Positions 44,177 to 53,443 of a stretch of DNA of 62,168 bases are shown here, piece by piece. Below the pieces are notes generated by a model. That model was given only the letters and a program-made list of their open reading frames with translations, ran no database searches and was not told the DNA's origin. The translations under genes and the position numbers were made by a program. The stretch comes from Candidatus Fermentibacterota bacterium. Lineage in GTDB: Bacteria; Fermentibacterota; Fermentibacteria; Fermentibacterales; JCC-6. Numbering within the stretch: position 1 is the first letter of the stretch; every line of letters starts with the position of its first letter. Location of the stretch: contig JAKPTG010000018.1 in assembly GCA_029571005.1 (NCBI GenBank), forward strand, positions 1 through 62,168. Reading direction: 5' to 3'.

Positions 44177-45352
44177 ATGCAGAATGATCAGAACTTGGCC
44201 GGCGAACAGGTTGACCGGCAGACCCCGGAGGTTCCGGATACCCAACGGTCCGAAACACCGGCGCCACCTCCCGCGCCGACCGCCGATGAAAACAGAAGGT
44301 CGTCCTTCTACGAGAAGAAAATAAGCTGCTCCAACTGCGCCGCTCCCCTGACCTACATGGAGGGGGAGGCGGTGATCACATGCTCCTACTGCGGCACCAC
44401 CACCATGCTGGCGGGGCTGGACAACATCATACAGGTGAGTTCCCACTATATGCTTGACCCCGGGTTGAACGAGGAAAGCGCCGGAGCCGCCCTCCGGAAG
44501 TGGATGCAGAAGGGCATGCACAAGCCCAAGGACCTTCCGGCCCTGGCGATGATGGGCGAGGCGAGCCCCCTGGTGCTCCCCTACTGGATAGTGTCCGCCA
44601 AGGGTACGACCCATTGGGCCGGAATGAAGAAGAAGACCAGAACCGTGGGAACCAAAGACAACAGGAGGACCGAGACTTACTGGGAGCCGGTCAGCGGCAG
44701 GTTCTCCGAGGAGTTCACCTGGCCGGTGTACGCCCGGGAGAAGTCGGGGGAGTTCTGGGGCATTGACCAACTGGAGCCCGGCAAGGCCAGCATCCACCCG
44801 GATTGGGGCGGCTTCAGGCTGCGGTCGGGCGGCGGCGCGGTCAGCCCCAACAGGAACATGCTCCAGGGGGCGGTGGATTTTTCCATAGAGAAGATCAAGG
44901 CGGTCCGGATGGAGAAGCACCTGGTGAACGGCCAGATCACCCAGGAGAGGGCCGAGGCCAACGCCAGGAGCAGGATTGTTGACCGGCACGCGACAAAAGC
45001 GCAGAGCAACGCCACCAGGCTCACCAACTGCGACACCACAGTGGACGTGCAGAAGGTGGACCTGGTTTACCTGCCTCTCTGGCTGATGAACTACAGCTAC
45101 GCCGGCAAGACCTTCAGAGCCCTGGTCAACGCCTCCAGCGGAGAGGTGCTGGCCGCGGAGTACCCTGTAGGGAAGCTGGCGAGAATCATCAACTTCGACA
45201 TCCTCTTCCTGATCCTGGCGGGGATCCTCTTCCTGATCGGAAGAGGGGGCGGCAGCCCGTGGGCGACTTATGCGGCCAGGGCGCTGGTCGGCGGTGCGGT
45301 GCTCTACACGGTTCTTCGGACGGTAAAGCCCCTGTCCTTCAAGGGCCGTTGA
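44177..45352 (+). CDS. Uncharacterised zinc-ribbon protein with C-terminal double TM anchor
   Basis: AGGAGAGGGG RBS. Disordered Pro/Thr/Glu N-terminus. CSNC-N14-CSYC ribbon (Cys 51/54/69/72). Two similar segments (LVLPYWIVSAKG; LVYLPLWLMNYSYAGKTFRALVNASSGEV). TM helices ILFLILAGILFLI and ALVGGAVLYTVL. Confidence 0.6.
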   Translation: MQNDQNLAGEQVDRQTPEVPDTQRSETPAPPPAPTADENRRSSFYEKKISCSNCAAPLTYMEGEAVITCSYCGTTTMLAGLDNIIQVSSHYMLDPGLNEESAGAALRKWMQKGMHKPKDLPALAMMGEASPLVLPYWIVSAKGTTHWAGMKKKTRTVGTKDNRRTETYWEPVSGRFSEEFTWPVYAREKSGEFWGIDQLEPGKASIHPDWGGFRLRSGGGAVSPNRNMLQGAVDFSIEKIKAVRMEKHLVNGQITQERAEANARSRIVDRHATKAQSNATRLTNCDTTVDVQKVDLVYLPLWLMNYSYAGKTFRALVNASSGEVLAAEYPVGKLARIINFDILFLILAGILFLIGRGGGSPWATYAARALVGGAVLYTVLRTVKPLSFKGR

Positions 45353-45357
45353 TCCGC

Positions 45358-46167
45358 ATGGAACAGGTTATGAACACGCTGCGGGAGTGGGGCGCCCTCT
45401 ACGGCCCGAGGGTGGTGGGCGCCATAGCCATCCTGATCCTGGGCCGGCTGGTGGCCCGGGGTCTTCGGAGCCTTATAAGAAAAGCCCTTCGGAAACACGG
45501 GGTGGACGAAACCCTGGTATCCTTCACCTCCAGCGTCTCCTATGCGGCGCTGATGGCGTTCATCATCATCGCCGCCCTGAGCCAGCTGGGCATTCAGACC
45601 GCTTCCTTCGTGGCGGTGCTGGGCGCCACGGGGCTTGCGGTCGGGCTGGCCCTCCAGGGCTCCCTGGCCAACTTCGCCGCCGGCGTTCTCATGATGCTCT
45701 TCAAGCCCTTCAAGGTGGGGGACTTCATCGAGGGGGGAGGAACCTCGGGCGTGGTCGAGGACATAAGCATCTTCACCACGAAACTGAGAACCCCCGACAA
45801 CAAGAAGGTCATTATCCCCAACGGCAAGCTGACCTCCGACAACGTCACCAACTTCACCGCCGCAGACATGCGCCGGGTGGACATCGTGGCGGGGGTGGAC
45901 CACAGCGAGGACCTGGACCGGGTGAAGAGTGTCATCGCAGACGAAATGAACCGTGACGACAGGATACTCCGGGATCCCCCGCCGATGCTGGGGGTTGTTG
46001 AAATCGCGGACAGCAGCGTGAACATAGCGGTGAGGCCCTGGGTGAAGACGGAAGACTACTGGGACGTGTTCTTCTCGTTACAGGAACGGATCAAGAAACG
46101 GTTCGACGCCGAGGGGATCATCATACCCTACCCCCAGATGGATGTGCATCTGAAGGGGAAGGAGTAA
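45358..46167 (+). CDS. mscS: Small-conductance mechanosensitive channel
   Basis: Track ORF 45259.. trimmed to ATG 45358, 5 nt after the upstream stop. Motifs: GLAVGLALQGSLANFAAGVLMMLFKPFKVGDFIE, IFTTKLRTPDNKKVIIPNG. Confidence 0.88.
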   Translation: MEQVMNTLREWGALYGPRVVGAIAILILGRLVARGLRSLIRKALRKHGVDETLVSFTSSVSYAALMAFIIIAALSQLGIQTASFVAVLGATGLAVGLALQGSLANFAAGVLMMLFKPFKVGDFIEGGGTSGVVEDISIFTTKLRTPDNKKVIIPNGKLTSDNVTNFTAADMRRVDIVAGVDHSEDLDRVKSVIADEMNRDDRILRDPPPMLGVVEIADSSVNIAVRPWVKTEDYWDVFFSLQERIKKRFDAEGIIIPYPQMDVHLKGKE

Positions 46168-46200
46168 GGTACAGGCCGGAGAAGCGGTTCGGGCCGTACC
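46168..46200 (+). terminator. Hairpin immediately after the mscS stop (GGTAC-a-GGCC ... GGCC-GTACC)
   Basis: 9 bp with a one-nucleotide bulge. No U-tract. Confidence 0.35.
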
Positions 46201-46598
46201 GTTCCCGGTGGACGCCGCCCCCGGAGCCGGCGACGGCGCGGAAGGGAGGCGGTGAGGAAAAAACGGCCCCGGCGTTCCCTGAACGTCGGAAATCACTTCA
46301 TGCCCGATGGGTATCCGCCCGGCGGAACCGGTACGAGGCGCACCGCCGCCTAAGGCGTCATCCGCCCCTTCCGTAACACGACGGAAATGAACAGCCCTCC
46401 TGTATCCGGAGCCTTCGGACCCCGGCTCCATTGAAGCGGCAAGGCCGGGCTTGTTTCAACGACTCTTCCTCCGCCTTTGGAGGGCGCAGGTGAGGAGTGA
46501 GGGGCCGGGAATACCCTGCGGGTTCAGGCGGGGAATTTCATGCGGTTGCCGTCGGGGTGCCGCTCCACTATTCTTTGCACTCTGAAAAAGGAGGGTGC

Positions 46599-48365
46599 AT
46601 GACCAGATCATCCTATCCGGGCGGTCCCCTGAGGGATATAAAACGTTACACCACCATCCCGGAAATGTTGGAAGACTCCGCAGCCAAATGGGGTGATCGG
46701 ATCTTCATGCGGGAGACTCTGCCCAACGGCTCTGTCCGCGAGGTATCCTTCCGGGGCCTGAACCGGATGGCCGACGACTTCGCCAGAGGGATCCGGGAGC
46801 TGGGGGAGAAACCCGTGACCGCCATTGCCGGGCGGAGCGGTATTGATTGGGCGACGGCCTTTCTGGGAACGATCAAAGCCGGCGGAGTTGTGGTCCCGAT
46901 AGACAAGGACCTCCCGCCCCCGGACATCAGCGGCATCATCCACTACTCCGGGGCTGAGTGTTTCTTCTTCGATCCGGGTTTCAAGGATACGGTGACCGAG
47001 CACCTGGCCCGGGGCAAGTCAGTGTGCAGGCATTACTTCGTAATGAACCGGGCCGAAGACGACGGGTTCCCGGAGATTGCCGACTTGATCGGCCGGGGGG
47101 CCGGGCTGCCGGGCAAGCCCCGACCGGAAACCGACCCCGCGGAGCCGGCGGTTATTTCCTACACCTCGGGGACCATGGGAGCCGCCAAGGGGGTGGTCCT
47201 GTCCCACGGGAACATCCTCAGCGACGTTCAGATGATGCTCTCGTCGGTGTTCATCGCCGAGGACGAGGTGTTCCTGTCGGTGCTTCCCATGCACCACATG
47301 TACGAATGTGTCTGCGGTTTCCTGTGTCCGCTCCAGCACGGCTGTACCGTGGTGGTGTCCCGGGGGCTCCGGTATGTGGCGGAGGACCTGGTGGAGAACG
47401 GCATAACACTCGTGCTTGGAGTTCCCCTTTTGTGGGAGGGTATGTACTCCCGGATAATGAAGCAGATCCACGGGATGAAGGGCGGTTCCTTCAAGTTCGC
47501 CCTGGGTAAGGCCGTCTCCCGGGTCGGTGAGTTTCTTGGCGGCCGGGAGGTCAGGAGAACCGTGTTCCGTCAGGTACACAGGAAGCTCGGCGGACGGCTC
47601 AGGACCATCATCTCCGGAGGAGCGGCCCTGGACGCCCAGGTGATGAAGGGATTCTCGGAGCTGGGAATCACCATACTCCAGGGGTACGGTCTCACCGAAT
47701 GCTCCCCGATTGTGGCGGTATGCCGGTACGGCACCTGTGAACCGGGGACCGTGGGGCCTCCCCTGCCGGATGTACAGGTGAGGATAGAGAATCCCGACTC
47801 AGAGGGGGCCGGGGAGATACTGGTCCGGGGCCCGAACGTGATGATCGGCTACCATAACGATCCTGCGGCCACCGCCGAGGTGCTTTCCCCGGAGGGCTGG
47901 TTCCGCACCGGAGACTACGGCGTCTTGCGGAAAGGGTTGCTGAAGGTCACCGGCCGGAAGAAGAACGTGATAGTGTCCAAGAACGGGAAGAACGTCTATC
48001 CGGAGGAATTGGAACACATAATCAACAGAAGCCCCTTCATATCCGAGAGCCTGGTGTTTGGGCGGGAGTCCGGAGCCAAGGGCGAGGAAATCTGGGCGAT
48101 AGTATTCCCCGATTACGATGCCCTGATACAACTGGCGGAGGGTCGCGGGGTCAGACTCTCGGAGGAGTTCGGCACTTCCGTGATCCGTGAGGAACTGGCG
48201 CGGGTGAACGCGAAGACGGCCTCCTTCAAGCGGGTTGGGAACTTCATCATCAGGGACAGCGAGTTCCCCAAGACCACCACCAGGAAGATCCGACGGCAGC
48301 AGGTGCTCCGGGAGGCGGGCTTCACCCGGGAAAAATCGTACAAAGTCACCGGTACCGGGGCCTGA
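46599..48365 (+). CDS. Long-chain acyl-CoA synthetase (AMP-forming)
   Basis: Track ORF trimmed to ATG 46599 (AAAGGAGGG upstream). AMP-binding motif ISYTSGTMGAAKGVVLSHGN. Also QGYGLTE, RTGDYG, GRKKNVIVSKNGKNVYPEE. Confidence 0.85.
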   Translation: MTRSSYPGGPLRDIKRYTTIPEMLEDSAAKWGDRIFMRETLPNGSVREVSFRGLNRMADDFARGIRELGEKPVTAIAGRSGIDWATAFLGTIKAGGVVVPIDKDLPPPDISGIIHYSGAECFFFDPGFKDTVTEHLARGKSVCRHYFVMNRAEDDGFPEIADLIGRGAGLPGKPRPETDPAEPAVISYTSGTMGAAKGVVLSHGNILSDVQMMLSSVFIAEDEVFLSVLPMHHMYECVCGFLCPLQHGCTVVVSRGLRYVAEDLVENGITLVLGVPLLWEGMYSRIMKQIHGMKGGSFKFALGKAVSRVGEFLGGREVRRTVFRQVHRKLGGRLRTIISGGAALDAQVMKGFSELGITILQGYGLTECSPIVAVCRYGTCEPGTVGPPLPDVQVRIENPDSEGAGEILVRGPNVMIGYHNDPAATAEVLSPEGWFRTGDYGVLRKGLLKVTGRKKNVIVSKNGKNVYPEELEHIINRSPFISESLVFGRESGAKGEEIWAIVFPDYDALIQLAEGRGVRLSEEFGTSVIREELARVNAKTASFKRVGNFIIRDSEFPKTTTRKIRRQQVLREAGFTREKSYKVTGTGA

Positions 48366-48387
48366 GCCCCGGCCCGGTTCCGGGAGG

Positions 48388-50553
48388 CTAAAGCCTGCCG
48401 GCGATCCTGTTGTTCACAACCTCCAGCACCTCCGGGAGGTCCATGCCTATCGCCTTCAGGTGTTCGGGGGTGGGGCAGCCGTCGGGGGTCCAGCCCCTGC
48501 GCAGGAACACCGCGTCTATGAGGGAGTTGTACTGTTTCATCCGGTATTCCCGGGTGATCCGTATTTTCTCCGCTATGGAGAGGCCCTCCGGGTCTATGCC
48601 GATTTTCTCCTTCATCTGCCGGTCGTAGCGCTCCTCCCGGGCCGTGTACTCGTCCTCGAAGACCGGCCCCATGGCCCGGTAGGGCGGGTAGTCGTCCTCC
48701 CTGCGGCCGCGCCCTTGGCGGATGTTGAAAACCCTCTGGAAGTTGTAAACCCTCTCGCTCTGCCGTATCAGCCCGTCCCAGTCCAGAGGCTCGCCGGTTA
48801 TCGCGGTGTAGATTTTGTAATAGTTCTCCACGTGCTCCGGAACCTTGTTGGGTTCCGGGTGCTTGGCGTTGTCCGCCGGCTCCACGTCGTTCCAGGGGAG
48901 TTTGCAAAGCCCCTGGAGACCGAACCAGGTGCGGAACATCGGGAAGTAATGGAGAGCCTCGGCCTTGTTCTCGAAGGTGGGGATCTGGTTGTTCACCATA
49001 TCCATGAAGATGAGCCACGCCTCGTCGTGCTGTGGCCCCTTGTTGGTGAGGTAGTATCCGCCCTGCTGGGCGAGGGATTCCTTGGCTATGTACTCGGATT
49101 GCTCCAGCCCCTTACCGTGAAGGGCTATGTCTTTCATCATTCCGGGGTCGGCGCCGTACTCCCGGACGAAGTGTTCCGCCAGGACCTTGACGCCCCTGCC
49201 CGCCAGAACCCCGAAGGGTTTTCCGTCAGCCATGTCGTGAAGAATCTGGACGGCCCCCCTCCAGTTGCCCCAGGTCAGATCTATGCCGTCGGTGCGCTCC
49301 GGATTGAGGATTCCCAGTTCCCAGCACTCCATCAGAAAACCCGTGGTGGTGCCGAAGCTTATGGTGTCTATGCCGTAGGTATCGCAGTAGAAGTTCATTT
49401 CCAGGATGCCGATGGGATCGTAAACGTACAGGTTGCTGCCGACGCCGGCGGCGGTTTCGTACTCCGGTCCGTCCACGCAGACCCTCGTGCCCTTGTAGGG
49501 GCCGGTCTGAAGCTCGAAGTTATCCACCGCATGGGCGCAGGCCATGGTGCAGCCGTACCAGCAGCCGTCGGGCAGGTTCTGGCTGAATAGTTTTTCCCAC
49601 ACCGGGCTGGCTATCTTGTCTATCTGAGGGTCCTTGCCGTACTTGTGGTTCTTCGTGGGAAGCAGGTCATAGGCGTCCATGATTTCCACGAGGTGTGCGG
49701 TTCCCTGGCTCCTCATCCTGCACTGGGAGGCGTCGTTCACCATGATCTCCCGGTGGAGCTTGAGGCCGATTCTCTGCACCTCCGCCGGGTTTGCCGCATC
49801 GTTCAGGTTGGGGCCGACCCCTTCAAACCGGCACACCACCGCCAGCACCTTCTTGTCCCGCAGGACGGTGCCTATGCCGCCCCTGCCGGCCTGCTTGACC
49901 CTCACTCCCCGGCGCCTCTTATCGTAGAGGCTGAAGTTGAGAACCCCCATCATGCCGTAGTCCGCCCCCCGGCCGGCGCTCACCACCGAAACCGTCTGAA
50001 GGCTCTTCTCGTCCCGAGCGAAGACCCTGGTCAGTTCCTCCGCCAGCAGGTGGGTGTCCCGGGGAAGGCAGTCGGGGGCTTCGAAGAACCGGACCTTGCC
50101 CTGGTTCGAGTCCACGAACACGATAACGTCCCGGTCCGCCTTCCCCTGAATCTCCATGGCGTCCCAGCCGCCGAACTTGAGGTAGGGTCCGAAGTAACCT
50201 CCCACATTGGAGTCAACCGGGATTCCGGTCATCGGCGAAAGGCTCACCACCAGGCTCTTGCCGGAGCCGGGATAGTTTGTGTTGCCTCCGATGGGGCCGA
50301 TGCCTATTACAATCTCGTTCTCCGGGTCGTTCCAGCGGGTCTCCGGCCCGGTGGCGTCCCAGAGGAGCTTGAGGCCGAACCCCTTTCCCCCGGTGAACCT
50401 CTTCTTCATGTCCTCGGAGACGGGTTTCGCCGAGGCGGTGGCCTTGCCCACGTCCACGTGAAGGGTTCTCATGGCGTAGCCCCTTCTCACGGGCCTGGGC
50501 TCGAAATCGTATTCCCGTATCAGCCGGAAGTCATCCAGGGAAGGGGCGCTCAT
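48388..50553 (-). CDS. aor: Aldehyde:ferredoxin oxidoreductase family (tungstopterin enzyme)
   Basis: GAAGGAGG RBS. Motifs: GGKGFGLKLLWD, GIGPIGGNTNYPGSGKSLVVSLSPMTG, DSNVGGYFGPYLKFGGWDAMEIQGKA, CTMACAH. Confidence 0.85.
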   Translation of the reverse strand: MSAPSLDDFRLIREYDFEPRPVRRGYAMRTLHVDVGKATASAKPVSEDMKKRFTGGKGFGLKLLWDATGPETRWNDPENEIVIGIGPIGGNTNYPGSGKSLVVSLSPMTGIPVDSNVGGYFGPYLKFGGWDAMEIQGKADRDVIVFVDSNQGKVRFFEAPDCLPRDTHLLAEELTRVFARDEKSLQTVSVVSAGRGADYGMMGVLNFSLYDKRRRGVRVKQAGRGGIGTVLRDKKVLAVVCRFEGVGPNLNDAANPAEVQRIGLKLHREIMVNDASQCRMRSQGTAHLVEIMDAYDLLPTKNHKYGKDPQIDKIASPVWEKLFSQNLPDGCWYGCTMACAHAVDNFELQTGPYKGTRVCVDGPEYETAAGVGSNLYVYDPIGILEMNFYCDTYGIDTISFGTTTGFLMECWELGILNPERTDGIDLTWGNWRGAVQILHDMADGKPFGVLAGRGVKVLAEHFVREYGADPGMMKDIALHGKGLEQSEYIAKESLAQQGGYYLTNKGPQHDEAWLIFMDMVNNQIPTFENKAEALHYFPMFRTWFGLQGLCKLPWNDVEPADNAKHPEPNKVPEHVENYYKIYTAITGEPLDWDGLIRQSERVYNFQRVFNIRQGRGRREDDYPPYRAMGPVFEDEYTAREERYDRQMKEKIGIDPEGLSIAEKIRITREYRMKQYNSLIDAVFLRRGWTPDGCPTPEHLKAIGMDLPEVLEVVNNRIAGRL

Positions 50554-51011
50554 TCGCCGACCTCCTTCTTTCTTGCGGCTTCCGCCACTTCAAAGGGGCG
50601 CCGGGAAACCGGGCTGTCCTCCTTTTCGGCCACCTCGAGGGCGTCCGCCGGGCAGTTTTTCACGCAGGCGCCGCAGGCTATGCACTTGAACGGGGTGCTT
50701 TCCCCCGGGAAGTAGCGCATGGCGCCGGTGGGGCACGCCGCCACGCACGCAAGACAACCGACGCAGAGGCCCTTGTTGATCATCACCACACCCTGGGCGT
50801 TCACGGTGATGGCCTGGGTGGGGCACTCCATGACGCACTTTCTGCACTCTTGGTCGCAGACCAGGATACGGTATTTGCCCATCTCCATCTGGAACACCTG
50901 GATCCGTGATTTGGCGGGGTTGTCTTCCTTGAAGTAGAGACGAGAACAGGTCGAGGTGCAGTTGCCGCACCCGACGCACTTGTCTTCGTGCGGCTTCAGG
51001 TACTTGATCAC
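50550..51011 (-). CDS. 4x[4Fe-4S] ferredoxin (AOR partner)
   Basis: GTG 51011 behind AGGAGG. Cluster motifs: CVGCGNCTSTC, CRKCVMECP, CVGCLACVAACP, CIACGACVKNCP. Stop overlaps the aor start (ATGA). Track ORF 50550..51287 trimmed. Confidence 0.85.
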   Translation of the reverse strand: MIKYLKPHEDKCVGCGNCTSTCSRLYFKEDNPAKSRIQVFQMEMGKYRILVCDQECRKCVMECPTQAITVNAQGVVMINKGLCVGCLACVAACPTGAMRYFPGESTPFKCIACGACVKNCPADALEVAEKEDSPVSRRPFEVAEAARKKEVGE

Positions 51012-51034
51012 GCTATGAACCTCCTGTTCATATC

Positions 51035-51051
51035 GTGCGCTTCGGGCGCAC
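51035..51051 (-). promoter_or_regulatory. 5' UTR hairpin (GTGCGC-5 nt-GCGCAC) next to the ferredoxin RBS
   Basis: Perfect 6-bp stem 24 nt upstream of GTG 51011, abutting the AGGAGG. A TATACT box (reverse strand, 51114..51119) lies about 100 nt upstream. Confidence 0.3.
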
Positions 51052-51162
51052 CATCCCCGGCGGAAAGGGCTCCCTCCCCAGGCCGGGTGCGATCCGGCAC
51101 AGATTTCATCAAAAGTATAGACCCGGGCCGGGCTTTTCGCAAACCCGGAGATTGCGCGCTCC

Positions 51163-51172
51163 GGGTATATTC
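51163..51172 (+). promoter_or_regulatory. GGGTATATTC word (copy 3 of 3), candidate -10 element for ptrB
   Basis: Exact repeat; the 11-mer GGGTATATTCC is shared with copy 1. Lies 48 nt upstream of ATG 51220. Confidence 0.35.
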
Positions 51173-51219
51173 CAGCGTTGCGGCGGCGTATCGGCGACAA
51201 CGACATACGGAGGTTTTTC

Positions 51220-53334
51220 ATGTGGTTCACGGCGGCGGTTCTCCTGGCCCTCCCCTCCCCCCCGGAGGCTCCGAGGGTCCCCTTCACGGTGACATCTCCC
51301 CACGGTGACAGGACGGACTTCTACTACTGGCTCAGGGACGCCGGCGACCCGGCGGTTATGGAGTACCTTCTGGCCGAGAACGGGTATGCCGAGGCTTTCT
51401 TCACCGAGGGAGAGGATCTCAGGCCGGTGCTTTACCTGGAGATGGCCTCCAGGCTTCCCGCCGAGGACGTCTCCGTTCCATGGGAGATGGGCGGGTGGTG
51501 GTACGGAACCCGTTACGAGACAGGGGCCGACTACCCGTCGTACTTCCGGCGCCTGGGCGCTCCGGACGGTACGGAGCAGGTACTGTTCGACCTGAACGAT
51601 CTGGCGGAGAACAGGAGCTACCTGTCCCTGGAGGGGTTGAGCATCAGCCCCGACGGCCGCCTGGCGGCCCTGTGCCTGGATACCTTGGGGGATCATCGGG
51701 GGATGATAGTTTTTCTGGACACCGGGACGGGGCGGTACCTTCCGGATACCCTCCGCGATGCCAGTTCCGACATGGCCTGGGGAAGCGACAACCTGAGTTT
51801 TCTCTACGGCTTTCAAGACGAGACCAGGCGCACGGCGGGTTTCGCCAGGCACGTCCTTGGATGCCGGGATACCCCTGACACGGTTTACGTGGAACCCGAT
51901 TCCACCTTCTGGCCCTGGTTGTACGAAACCGCCGACAGGAAGTGGATAGTCCTGGCGAGCGAAAGCTCCGAGACGTCCCATGTGATGCTGATACCGTCGG
52001 ACCGGCCCTGTGATCCTCCACGGGACGTCGTCCCCCGGGAGGAAGGGGTCCTCTGCTCCGTAGCCTTTGCCGGCGACTCCCTGTACCTCCTCACGAACCG
52101 CGGCGCCGAAAACTTCAGGCTGCTTCGGACCGCGCTCTTCTCGGAAGAGGAGCCCGTGGAGGTTCTGCCGAACGATTCCGATGTGCTTCTGGAAAGCATT
52201 CACGGTTTCAGGAATTACCTGGTGCTCATGGACAGGGCCATGGGCAGGCGGGGGATAAGGATTCTTGGAATCCCCGGCGGCGGGTGGACCAGGGTCAGGC
52301 TTCCCGAGGAACCGGCCTCCATCTACCCTTCGATCAACCGGGTTTTCGATGCCGAAACCTTCAGGTTCGGGTTTTCCTCCCTGGTGACCCCCTGGTCAAC
52401 CATGGTATGCACCCTGTCCACAGGGGAACCCGCTTTTCTGAAGACCGATACGGTGGAGGGTTACGATCCTTCCCTCTACCGCACCGAGTTCCTCGAGGCT
52501 CCGGCGCCCGATGGGGAAATGGTTCCCATTTCCCTCGTGTACCGGGCCGACACCTTCGTTCCCGGCGGGAACCCGTTGCTGCTCTACGGCTACGGAGCCT
52601 ACGGATACAGCTGCGACCCCTCCTTCAGCTCCGAGGTGCTCAGCCTTCTGGACCGGGGGTTCGTGTACGCCGAGGCCCATGTGAGGGGCGGCCAGGAGCG
52701 GGGACGCCGCTGGTACCTGGAAGGCCGCCTGCTCGGGAAGATGAACACCTTCACCGACTTCATAGCCTGCGGCGAGCATCTGGTCTCCCGGGGCTACTGC
52801 GATCCCGACAGGCTGTTCGCCATGGGTGAGTCCGCCGGCGGTCTGCTCATGGGCGCGGTGGCCAATCTCCGGCCCGATCTCTGGAGCGGGCTGGTTGCCG
52901 GGGTTCCCTTCGTTGACGTGGTCACCACGATGCTGGACGAAACCATACCCCTCACCACCAACGAGTACAGCGAATGGGGCAACCCGGCGTCGAGGGAGTA
53001 CTACGACTACATCCTGTCCTACTCCCCCTACGACAACGTTGCGCCGGTGGATTACCCGGCCATGCTGGTAACGGCGGGGCTGCACGACTCCCAGGTATGC
53101 TACTGGGAACCGGCCAAATGGGTTGCCGCCCTGCGCCACACCGGCGTCGGAAGGGAGCCCCTGCTTCTGGTCACCAACATGGAGGCGGGCCATGGTGGAG
53201 CTTCCGGCCGCTTCTCGTGGCTGGAGGACCTGGCGGTCAGGTACGCGTTTCTGATCCGGATGGCGGAGCGGGGGCCCTCCGAGGGTTCTCCGGGCCGGGG
53301 CGGTGAAGGGACGGATATTCCCGTGCCCGACTGA
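51220..53334 (+). CDS. ptrB: Oligopeptidase B (S9A prolyl-oligopeptidase family)
   Basis: ATG 51220 behind GGAGG. Motifs: DFYYWLRD, LLLYGYGAYG, RGFVYAEAHVRGG, catalytic GESAGGLLMG, VPFVDVVTTMLDETIPLTT, GLHDSQVCYWEPAKW, GHGGASGR. Collinear with E. coli PtrB from memory. Confidence 0.9.
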   Translation: MWFTAAVLLALPSPPEAPRVPFTVTSPHGDRTDFYYWLRDAGDPAVMEYLLAENGYAEAFFTEGEDLRPVLYLEMASRLPAEDVSVPWEMGGWWYGTRYETGADYPSYFRRLGAPDGTEQVLFDLNDLAENRSYLSLEGLSISPDGRLAALCLDTLGDHRGMIVFLDTGTGRYLPDTLRDASSDMAWGSDNLSFLYGFQDETRRTAGFARHVLGCRDTPDTVYVEPDSTFWPWLYETADRKWIVLASESSETSHVMLIPSDRPCDPPRDVVPREEGVLCSVAFAGDSLYLLTNRGAENFRLLRTALFSEEEPVEVLPNDSDVLLESIHGFRNYLVLMDRAMGRRGIRILGIPGGGWTRVRLPEEPASIYPSINRVFDAETFRFGFSSLVTPWSTMVCTLSTGEPAFLKTDTVEGYDPSLYRTEFLEAPAPDGEMVPISLVYRADTFVPGGNPLLLYGYGAYGYSCDPSFSSEVLSLLDRGFVYAEAHVRGGQERGRRWYLEGRLLGKMNTFTDFIACGEHLVSRGYCDPDRLFAMGESAGGLLMGAVANLRPDLWSGLVAGVPFVDVVTTMLDETIPLTTNEYSEWGNPASREYYDYILSYSPYDNVAPVDYPAMLVTAGLHDSQVCYWEPAKWVAALRHTGVGREPLLLVTNMEAGHGGASGRFSWLEDLAVRYAFLIRMAERGPSEGSPGRGGEGTDIPVPD

Positions 53335-53443
53335 GACGGCGTTATGACTTCCTGCCGTTTCCGCCGTTGGGGAGGGCTTTGCGTAGCCACCATGTTTTAA
53401 TTACTTTCGGTCGAGGTTTGGCTCCGCCCTGAAGGGAGGGATT

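Noticed and set aside
46078-46431. 117-aa reverse ORF in the large mscS / acyl-CoA synthetase spacer
   Set aside because: It overlaps the 3' end of mscS, has a Gly/Pro/Ala/Arg-rich translation, and has no RBS or motif. The spacer is treated as non-coding.
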